From the IMG/VR virus record IMGVR_UViG_3300047550_001473, positions 1-37,156 of that record: a stretch of DNA of 37,156 nucleotides. One strand, 5' to 3'. A program made the position numbers and the translations under genes. The notes below the pieces were generated by a model that made no database searches, was not told the DNA's origin, and saw only the letters and a list, made by a program, of their open reading frames with translations. Positions 1-6,680 of the stretch are shown here, piece by piece (the stretch's first letter is position 1; each line of letters opens with the position of its first letter). The stretch comes from a virus. Lineage: Duplodnaviria > Caudoviricetes.

Positions 1-92
1 CCTAAAGGGGTATACCCCACCCGACATGTCGTAGTATGTCGTTTCTGGACACGACACGAGGCGACATGTCGGGTGGGGTATACCCCTTTAGG
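1..92. repeat. 31-bp perfect inverted repeat with 30-bp spacer
   Basis: 1-31 (cctaaaggggtataccccacccgacatgtcg) is the exact reverse complement of 62-92. Confidence 0.95.
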
Positions 93-145
93 GGTATCCC
101 ACAATGTCGCTTCGGGTGTCGGCTGGTTCTGTCGGTGTAAGTTTG
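20..145. repeat. 126-bp direct repeat of contig end (37031-37156); circular closure
   Basis: cccgacatgtcg...gtaagtttg is identical at 20-145 and 37031-37156, giving a unit genome length of 37,011 bp. Confidence 0.95.
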
Positions 146-190
146 AGGCTAAGTTGCAGCTGGTGAGTTGCGGGTCAGAGGAGAGAGACG

Positions 191-493
191 ATGAGCAATA
201 TCGGGGGTGGTGATGGCGATGAGGGTGAGCGTCCCGTCATCCAGTTGTACCAGCTGGTGATGCAGGAGCAGGAAGGCGAGAAGCCGCTCAAAAATGCGAC
301 CTGTGAGCGTTGTCTCTTTTGGGTGGAGTTCAAAGAGAACACTGAATCCGAGCCTGAAGGCGAGTGCCACAGACTGCCGCCGCAAGTCACCGCGACGGGA
401 ACGGTCAAGGATCAACACTACGGATGCAGCTGGCCTATCACCGCCGCGTCTGACTGGTGTGGGGAGTTCGAGCAAGCGGTGAGGATGAATTGA
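191..493 (+). CDS. Cys-rich hypothetical phage protein
   Basis: CxxCxxW...GEC.R.PP...WP...WCGEF pattern; purine-rich RBS; stop overlaps next ATG (TGATG). Confidence 0.7.
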   Translation: MSNIGGGDGDEGERPVIQLYQLVMQEQEGEKPLKNATCERCLFWVEFKENTESEPEGECHRLPPQVTATGTVKDQHYGCSWPITAASDWCGEFEQAVRMN

Positions 494-1068
494 TGGTCAG
501 ACGTGTTTCAGAAATCAGCAACCAGAACGAGCTGCTCGTCTGGGAGATGCGGCAGAGGCAGGTTGATGCGGCGCTCGCTCCTCTCGACCGACTGGCGCGG
601 GAGATGGAAGGCACTTGGGGTTACCGTCGTCTTCAGTCGCTCGCCGCGCCGGATCTCGCGGTGAAGTTCGAGTCAGCCAAGCAGAAGCTCGACGAGGCGA
701 TCAAGGCGCAGGACGCTGACGCGGTTGCCCAGCGTGCCGCGATCCTCATGCGGGGATGGCAGGCACTCGCCAAAGCTGCTGAAGAACAGGGACACGAACC
801 GCTCGGTCACGGCATGTGGCAGGCCAAGAGCGGCGGGAGAACCTACACGGTGGTCCTCGTCAGGGAAGACGCAGATGCGCCAGCCTTGAGTGCCGCAGAG
901 CCGGGGACGGTGGTGAGCGTCGAGGAGCTACTGGTCTGTTGGCGCAATCGCTACGAGAGCACCGGCGTGGCGAAGGCTAAGGATGCGTTTCCTGGGGCGA
1001 GTGTGGTTGATGAGCGGCCTCGGACGGGGAAGCCGTTGCCGCGTGGTGGGGATGAGATACCATTCTGA
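493..1068 (+). CDS. Hypothetical helical protein with SSB-like C-terminal tail (GGDEIPF)
   Basis: ATG at 493 coupled to upstream TGA; in frame with the 457..1068 ORF. Confidence 0.75.
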   Translation: MVRRVSEISNQNELLVWEMRQRQVDAALAPLDRLAREMEGTWGYRRLQSLAAPDLAVKFESAKQKLDEAIKAQDADAVAQRAAILMRGWQALAKAAEEQGHEPLGHGMWQAKSGGRTYTVVLVREDADAPALSAAEPGTVVSVEELLVCWRNRYESTGVAKAKDAFPGASVVDERPRTGKPLPRGGDEIPF

Positions 1069-1304
1069 GTATGCCCGTAAACGCATTAGGAAGGCCGCAC
1101 AGGGCAATCGGCAGGGTGGGAGCATAAGTACAAGCTAGTGGGGGTGGGAAAGCCGCTGGCGGTGCCTCTAAATCGATTTCGGTTTTTCGGATACCGGGGT
1201 CAGGAATTGCTAAAATAAATCGAAATGGTTTTTCTAAATTTCAAACTGATTCATGAGCGCGAAATTCTATTGGAAAATGGTCGCTCATAAGACGGTGCCG
1301 CGTG

Positions 1305-1368
1305 TGTCAAAATCTTGACGCGTCAAATTTTTGGCACGTCAGCCGTTTGACACGTCAAATCTTTGACG
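1305..1368. repeat. Left array: four head-to-tail 16-bp palindromes YGTCA-N6-TGACR
   Basis: tgtca-aaatct-tgacg, cgtca-aatttt-tggca, cgtca-gccgtt-tgaca, cgtca-aatctt-tgacg. Confidence 0.92.
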
Positions 1369-1395
1369 GTCATGGTGCGTCGCACAAGCGCGCGC

Positions 1396-1430
1396 CGTCG
1401 CGGTCATAGCGTCGCGGTCATAGCGTCGCG
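1396..1430. repeat. 14-bp tandem repeat (cgtcgcggtcatag x2.5)
   Basis: Exact copies at 1396-1409 and 1410-1423, partial copy at 1424-1430. Confidence 0.85.
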
Positions 1431-1605
1431 CAATCAGGCAAGCCGTCGCAAGCGCATGACGCGTGATAGCATTGGAGAGAGTGCGACACAGTGTCGCGTT
1501 ACAGGATTAGGGAGAGTCGCGCGTGCGAGTCATGGCAAGCCTCAAAAAGGAAAAGCGCAACCGTGTCCGGTCGCGCTTAGGGATTAGGGGAATGGCATGG
1601 GGAAA

Positions 1606-1872
1606 TCAGAAGCCGTGCGAGTTTACCCCGTCGCGCTTAAGGCGGAGCGCCTCTTTTCGCGTGACGCGTCGGTGAGAACGCGCACCAAAGCCGGGACCGT
1701 TATCGTATAGCGCGTCGCATATATCGTTCACCGATGAGCGCGCCTTAATCCGAAAGTAACAGTCGGATCGGTCCAGCCATTGCTTAGCCGTGCGAGAAAA
1801 ATCATCGCGCGAATCGTAAGCAAATACATGTCGCGCGCCGCGCCCGTGAATATCGGTTGCAATGTAAATCAT
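1606..1872 (-). CDS. Hypothetical early protein (MIYIATDIHG...)
   Basis: Part of ORF 1606..1992; the ATG at 1872 is preceded by GAAACACGGGAG, like the other cassette genes. Confidence 0.7.
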   Translation of the reverse strand: MIYIATDIHGRGARHVFAYDSRDDFSRTAKQWLDRSDCYFRIKARSSVNDICDALYDNGPGFGARSHRRVTRKEALRLKRDGVNSHGF

Positions 1873-2063
1873 AAGAGTCTCCCGTGTTTCAGTTTCGAAA
1901 GCCGACTGGCATTCGTGAAACGCGCGCCACATGACGCGCGAGACAAGAGTGTCATTCGCCGAAAAGCGCATTTCCGATAAAGAAAAGCGCAAAAGTAAAC
2001 ACGACGGGACCGAAAAGGATTAATCCGTCAAAAGCCGTTAACGTATGCATTGCGTTTCCCCTA

Positions 2064-2741
2064 TCAAGCCGCGATTTGATCGGCGCGTTTTTTCTGTACG
2101 CCATGCGCGGGGAAGCCGACAATTGTCTCCCGTTGCAACGCGCACAAGCCGCATGATTTACAAGTTACGTCGTCGCGATAAGTCGCGGGGCAAACCGTTA
2201 CCTTGCGCCCTTGCGGCGTTGTGATTTTTGCGGGACCGGAAACGCTTGAAGGTAACACGACAACAACGGGACCGGCTTTCGTTTCCGCCAATGCGTCCGC
2301 GTGTTTCAAGTTATTCGCCGATAGGTTTACAGTGAAACCCTTCGCGTTTGCGTTTTTCACATATTGGCGGTTTTTCTCGTTCCGCGTTACGTCATAGTGC
2401 GTATATGTAAAGCCGCGCTTTCCCTCATTAGCAACGACAAGCGCCGCCAAAGCGCCGCCGTCTATGTTAATCCGGTTTCCGGGCAAGTCACCTGCTTGAT
2501 TATGCCGCCAAAGCGTGCCCGGCTTTAGTTTACGGATTTGATCAACAAAATCGGCCCAAAGCGTGCCAGTGTTTCCGTCAGTTACTTTCTGCCAAAACAT
2601 GAAAAGCGGACCGTTGCCAGCATAGCATCCGTTTTCCCGCAACGGGCAAACGTCCGGGCATGTTGCAAAAGTCGTTGTTGAAACGGGAATAGGTCCCGTC
2701 TTTTCGTTGCGCGATTTCATAGTGAGGGCGACTTGATACAT
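2064..2741 (-). CDS. Cys-rich putative Fe-S/radical-SAM-like phage protein (Gp88-like family)
   Basis: CPxxCP...GCYA, WRHNQAGDL, GFTYTH and CPA...CxxCxxC motifs; AAAGGA RBS. Confidence 0.65.
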   Translation of the reverse strand: MYQVALTMKSRNEKTGPIPVSTTTFATCPDVCPLRENGCYAGNGPLFMFWQKVTDGNTGTLWADFVDQIRKLKPGTLWRHNQAGDLPGNRINIDGGALAALVVANEGKRGFTYTHYDVTRNEKNRQYVKNANAKGFTVNLSANNLKHADALAETKAGPVVVVLPSSVSGPAKITTPQGRKVTVCPATYRDDVTCKSCGLCALQRETIVGFPAHGVQKKRADQIAA

Positions 2742-2771
2742 TGCCGTGTTCCTTTTCTGTTTTTCCGTGTT

Positions 2772-3029
2772 TCAGATAATGATGCGGTCATATAAGGCAT
2801 TTTGCATCGCGCCTTGACTTTGCCATGTGAGCTTAGCGCCGTTTTTCAGTGCGCCGTCATAAATAAACGCGAATTGCCGTCCGCGTTCATAATTCCATTG
2901 GTCATTAGTAATGGGGAAAGCCTCATAGTTAAGCGGCTTGCCTGCCCGTGCTTCCTTGAAACCTTTAACGAAAGCCGCGCAACGCATTGCGGCGCTAGCT
3001 TTTCCTAATCGTGTTTTCAATTGCGACAT
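2772..3029 (-). CDS. Hypothetical early protein
   Basis: ATG at 3029 directly after the upstream stop, with a GGGGA RBS. Confidence 0.7.
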   Translation of the reverse strand: MSQLKTRLGKASAAMRCAAFVKGFKEARAGKPLNYEAFPITNDQWNYERGRQFAFIYDGALKNGAKLTWQSQGAMQNALYDRIII

Positions 3030-3030
3030 G

Positions 3031-3267
3031 TCACTTAATCCCCGCAAGTGACTTTAATTCGGCTTTAATTTGTCGCGCTTTTTCGCCGCGCCATGTATTG
3101 GCATTGGCAAGGAAATAAAGGACAAGTCCGCGCGCACTTTCAACGCCATAGGTTTCGTTAATGTCTGAAATTGTATGCATGGCGCTGATATACGGGACCG
3201 CGCCGAAATAGGGCTTTTGCCAGTCCGATTTAATGTCGCGCGCGATAAGGTAAAGAGGGCGTGCCAT
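3031..3267 (-). CDS. Conserved small phage protein (YFGAVPY...YFLANA.TWRGE)
   Basis: 78-aa ORF, AAAGGA RBS, motif typical of phage hypotheticals. Confidence 0.8.
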   Translation of the reverse strand: MARPLYLIARDIKSDWQKPYFGAVPYISAMHTISDINETYGVESARGLVLYFLANANTWRGEKARQIKAELKSLAGIK

Positions 3268-3306
3268 GTGTTATCCTTTCCGTGTTTCCGTGTTTCAATC
3301 AAATGA

Positions 3307-3513
3307 TTATTGAGCATCAATGATTCGTTGCGTCGGAATGTGCATCCGATACCGCTTGCCGTTCTCGCCCGTCCAAATCGGGGAAAATTCCGCATTAGGG
3401 TGATATTGCGCCCAAAGTTTTGCAGTCTTGCGAGTGCTAATGGCGGAATAGATTAAGGCTGCAACGCCGAATGTAAGTGCGATAACATTGGCTGCAATAA
3501 TGAGTGAAAGCAT
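3307..3513 (-). CDS. Small protein with N-terminal transmembrane helix
   Basis: Hydrophobic residues 1-26; first gene after the leftward promoter. Confidence 0.7.
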   Translation of the reverse strand: MLSLIIAANVIALTFGVAALIYSAISTRKTAKLWAQYHPNAEFSPIWTGENGKRYRMHIPTQRIIDAQ

Positions 3514-3563
3514 TTCCGTGTTTCCTTGTTTCCGTGTTTCTGTTTTCCCGTTAGGGTGAGCCT

Positions 3564-3593
3564 ATATAGGAATAATTATATGGAGTCGTCAAG
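3564..3593 (-). promoter_or_regulatory. Leftward sigma70 promoter (CTTGAC-N18-CTATAT) for the minus-strand cassette
   Basis: Reverse complement reads CTTGACgactccatataattattcCTATAT, close to the rhizobial RpoD consensus. Confidence 0.7.
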
Positions 3594-3659
3594 CGGTATT
3601 TTGTCTTTTTAGGATCGGGTGCTATAGATTTTGGGAACGCGTTGAAATTGCGGGGAAAA

Positions 3660-4133
3660 ATGGCGAAGGAAACTAAGAAAAACGGCAGGCCAACGATTTG
3701 GTCAGAAGGAATCGAGGACGAAATCTGCCGAAGGATTGCTGCGGGCCGCTCTGTAAATAGTGTTTCTAAAGATGAAGACATGCCGTCAGACTTCACTATT
3801 TGGAAGTGGTTAGGGGAGAAAGAGAGCTTTTCTAGGAAATACGCCCGCGCGATTGAGGCAAGGGCAATGGCTCACGCTGACGAAATTTCAGACCTGACCA
3901 AGAGAGTTGTATCGGGGGAAGTGCCGCCAGATGTTGCGCGTGTTGCGCTTGATGGGCTGAAGTGGACCGCGTCTCGGTTACTGCCAAAGATTTACGGAGA
4001 CAGGCAAACAGTGGACGTTGCCGTGACTCACACTCACCAACTGCACCTCGATGCGCTTAAACGGTTGAACGATTCAGCAAAGGCATTGCCCGCGAGCGAT
4101 ATCATCGAGGGAGAGATTGTCAGCGTGTCCTAA
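3660..4133 (+). CDS. terS: Terminase small subunit (Sf6 gp1-like)
   Basis: GRPT.W...EIC.RIA.G.S HTH, MPS..TIW.WL, F..KYARA, KW.ASRL.PK.YGDR. Confidence 0.88.
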   Translation: MAKETKKNGRPTIWSEGIEDEICRRIAAGRSVNSVSKDEDMPSDFTIWKWLGEKESFSRKYARAIEARAMAHADEISDLTKRVVSGEVPPDVARVALDGLKWTASRLLPKIYGDRQTVDVAVTHTHQLHLDALKRLNDSAKALPASDIIEGEIVSVS

Positions 4134-4157
4134 TAGACCTTGCCCTTGTTGGAATAG

Positions 4158-4166
4158 TTTTCCACA
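4158..4166 (+). promoter_or_regulatory. DnaA-box match (TTTTCCACA)
   Basis: Fits TTWTNCACA; intergenic. Confidence 0.35.
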
Positions 4167-4285
4167 ATTGAAATGCGTCCCACATAAATCGGTTTGACAT
4201 TATGGGAAATCAGTTTTACAAAGTCTTTAACGCTAATGGGAAAAGGAATCGGTAACATGTAACAGGCGCGACGATATCGGGGAGA

Positions 4286-4384
4286 CGTCAAACTTTTGAC
4301 ATGTCAAATAACTGACACCGTCAAACCATTGACACCGTCAAGAAACCGACACTGTCAAACTTTTGACATGTCAAAAAATTGACA
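4286..4384. repeat. Right array: six 16-bp palindromes YGTCA-N6-YGACA
   Basis: Units start at 4286, 4302, 4319, 4336, 4353 and 4369 with 0-1 bp spacers; followed by C-runs. Confidence 0.93.
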
Positions 4385-4471
4385 CCCCCCCCGTCTCGAC
4401 CCCCCACCGGGGTGCGCCTGCTGCAGCCAACCCGCTCCCAGAAATCAGAAAAACTCACACGGAGATAAGGT

Positions 4472-5023
4472 ATGCTTATAGGTTATGCTCGTACCTCCAC
4501 CAATGACCAGCACGCAGGGCTCGATGCGCAACGGCGTGACTTAGCCGCGTCAGGGTGCGAGCGCATCTTTGACGAGCAGGTGTCATCTGTCGCGCGTCGT
4601 GACAGGCTTGATGAGGCCATCCAGTACTTGCGTGATGGCGATGTGCTTGTCGTGACGAAGTTGGACCGGCTTGCTCGCAGTGTTGCGGATCTAGTGACGA
4701 TTGTCGCTGAGATCGAGAAGCGTGGCGCGAGCCTGCGTATCCTCGCCATGAATCTTGATACCCACACACCGACAGGCAAGCTGATGCTGAATGTGATTGG
4801 CTCTGTGGCGCAGTTTGAGCGTGAGATCATGCTTGAGCGTCAGCGTGAGGGTATCCAGAAGGCGAAGCGAGACGGGAAATACAGGGGCAGGAAGCCTACT
4901 GCGGCTGTGCGGAAAGACGAGATCGTGACGCTATTGGCTGGTGGAGTGAAGCCATTGGAGATCGCGTCGCAGTTGCAGATCTCGAAGAGCAGCGTTTATC
5001 GTTTGATAGGGGAGATGGGGTGA
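4472..5023 (+). CDS. Small serine recombinase (resolvase/invertase family) with C-terminal HTH
   Basis: IGYARTST catalytic Ser, VVTKLDRLARS, AQFERE..ERQREG, YRGRK, HTH; 183 aa with no large-recombinase domain. Confidence 0.95.
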   Translation: MLIGYARTSTNDQHAGLDAQRRDLAASGCERIFDEQVSSVARRDRLDEAIQYLRDGDVLVVTKLDRLARSVADLVTIVAEIEKRGASLRILAMNLDTHTPTGKLMLNVIGSVAQFEREIMLERQREGIQKAKRDGKYRGRKPTAAVRKDEIVTLLAGGVKPLEIASQLQISKSSVYRLIGEMG

Positions 5024-5265
5024 TGGATATAGTTGAACGGTTGCGAGTGTTTGCTGAGTTTAAGAATCGCGATGAAAAACTTGATGGCCCAAACATTATA
5101 CATGAAGCCGCCGATGAGATTGAGTTTCTCCGTAAGGAGCGTGATCGGTTGCGGGAAGCGTTGAAAGAAATAGCAACTGAAGAATACATTGATCCTAAAA
5201 TGATAGCTGAAGAGGCGCTTTGGTATTCCAAAGCCGCCCGTGCCGCACTTAGGGAGAACTCGTAA
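5023..5265 (+). CDS. Hypothetical protein (DIVERLR...EAADEIE.LR type)
   Basis: Coupled TGATG start; common phage coiled-coil motif. Confidence 0.75.
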   Translation: MDIVERLRVFAEFKNRDEKLDGPNIIHEAADEIEFLRKERDRLREALKEIATEEYIDPKMIAEEALWYSKAARAALRENS

Positions 5266-5465
5266 TGGTCGGCTTTGACTCGAAGCGTAAGATGGCGGCT
5301 TCACGGCATTGCGATGACGAGACGATGGCGCACATTATAGATCTGCGTAAACGGTTAAGCGATGCTGAGACGCAGCGGGATAACTCTATCGATGTTGTGA
5401 TGGACTTGCGCCGCGAGAACGCGAAGCTGATCCGCATTGTGCAAGAAGTGACACGCGACAAGTGA
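5265..5465 (+). CDS. Hypothetical coiled-coil protein
   Basis: TAATG coupling, GGGAG RBS. Confidence 0.7.
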   Translation: MVGFDSKRKMAASRHCDDETMAHIIDLRKRLSDAETQRDNSIDVVMDLRRENAKLIRIVQEVTRDK

Positions 5466-6103
5466 AACCAGCAATCGCCATCTTTCGCCATGATCCAGAG
5501 TGCTCGCAGGACTGCGTGGACGGTATGGTCGAGGCGTTGTCGGGTGAGTTTAAGGTTCGCACATTTGACGAGACAGAGTTTGCTGACGGCTTTGATGATG
5601 TGGATATAGTTGCGTTCCCCGGTGGAGTTGGAGACGCGCGTCGCTATTACGATTTCTTTAAGCGGCGTGAGGGAAATGCGATTGCTGATTTTGTTGCGCG
5701 TGGCGGGAAATACTTAGGCATCTGCATGGGCGCTTACTGGTCTGGGCAAGACTATTTTGATTTGCTTACAGGGTTAGAGCCCGTGCAATACATCAAGCGT
5801 GAAGGTGCAGATGTGCGCCGAAGCTATGGCACAGTTGCAGATGTGGATTGGGGCGGCACTCGCACGAAGATGTATTTCTATGACGGGTGCACGTTTGCCG
5901 GTGATGGGAGATGCCAGATCATTGCGCGTTATGCCAATGGAGATCCGATGGCAGTGATACAGGGACGGGTTGGGCTGATTGGGTGCCATCCAGAGTCGCA
6001 GCATAAGTGGTACGCGAAACCGTATATGCAGAAGCACTGGCATAGCGGTGCGCATCATGCGTTGCTGTTATCTTTTACGAAGAAGCTAATGAGGGCTAAG
6101 TGA
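5462..6103 (+). CDS. BPL_N-like class I glutamine amidotransferase-fold protein
   Basis: FPGG, YLGICMGAY (nucleophile elbow Cys) and HPE motifs. Confidence 0.8.
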   Translation: MKPAIAIFRHDPECSQDCVDGMVEALSGEFKVRTFDETEFADGFDDVDIVAFPGGVGDARRYYDFFKRREGNAIADFVARGGKYLGICMGAYWSGQDYFDLLTGLEPVQYIKREGADVRRSYGTVADVDWGGTRTKMYFYDGCTFAGDGRCQIIARYANGDPMAVIQGRVGLIGCHPESQHKWYAKPYMQKHWHSGAHHALLLSFTKKLMRAK

Positions 6104-6285
6104 TGGAGATGGATTACGCTGCTGCTGAGAAAGCTGTGCAGTTGGAGGCCCAACTCATAGTGTATCGTGACGCTTTACAGCGGATGGTGAAGCGGTTGAT
6201 GGACAGAGACAGCGAGTTTGCGCGGATCGTTGACGCTGTCGTGATAGGGAAGATCGCGCTGGGAGACGCTGATGTGGAAGACTAA
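6100..6285 (+). CDS. Hypothetical protein
   Basis: Overlapping start/stop in a tight operon. Confidence 0.6.
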   Translation: MMEMDYAAAEKAVQLEAQLIVYRDALQRMVKRLMDRDSEFARIVDAVVIGKIALGDADVED

Positions 6286-6487
6286 TCTGAAACCGATTCA
6301 TGAGTGGGATAAGCTCGTCAACAGCCTGAATACCGTGAAGGCTGATGCGATGCTGTCATTCCGTAATGGCTGCCCGTTTGACCATAATCCTTTTGAGCCT
6401 GGCACCGATCGGCATAAGGCATGGTCTGAGGGATGGGTGATGGGCAAGGAGAAATGGGGAGAGCCTCTCAGTGAAAAGCGAAGCTGA
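6272..6487 (+). CDS. RMF-like small protein
   Basis: G.....NPF......AW.EGW resembles the ribosome modulation factor motif. Confidence 0.5.
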   Translation: MWKTNLKPIHEWDKLVNSLNTVKADAMLSFRNGCPFDHNPFEPGTDRHKAWSEGWVMGKEKWGEPLSEKRS

Positions 6488-6680
6488 AGAACTTTTGGCG
6501 TTGATCGTTCCGTCTTACTTTAACCTGATCGATACGCTGAGACGGCGAGAAGAGAAAGCGACGATGATGGACTCGTCCGGTGAAAGCAATGCGTTTAACA
6601 TGGCTCTGGGATATACTTATGCGGCATTGGATGATCTGATCATGCAGGCTGACGAGATAGTGAATAGGTCTACGAGATGA
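6471..6680 (+). CDS. Hypothetical protein
   Basis: GGGGAG RBS; stop overlaps the terL ATG. Confidence 0.6.
   Translation: MKSEAEELLALIVPSYFNLIDTLRRREEKATMMDSSGESNAFNMALGYTYAALDDLIMQADEIVNRSTR

Noticed and set aside
1-92. Protelomerase hairpin telomere
   Set aside because: No protelomerase-like ORF; the repeat has a 30-bp spacer and the genome closes as a circle
1305-1368. FNR/FixK boxes or matS sites
   Set aside because: Geometry differs from TTGAT-N4-ATCAA, and the flanks differ from GTGACRNYGTCAC
1363-1587. 74-aa ORF across the repeat region
   Set aside because: TTG start inside the array, no RBS, low-complexity Arg-rich translation of repeats
3054-3068. CtrA box TTAA-N7-TTAA
   Set aside because: Single match inside coding sequence, explained by the IKAELK codons
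4286-4384. CRISPR-like array
   Set aside because: Period is 16-17 bp with 6-bp variable cores; there are no spacer-length unique sequences and no cas genes
4472-5023. Integrase or transposon
   Set aside because: Only 183 aa, lacking large-serine-integrase domains; no transposase or host flanks
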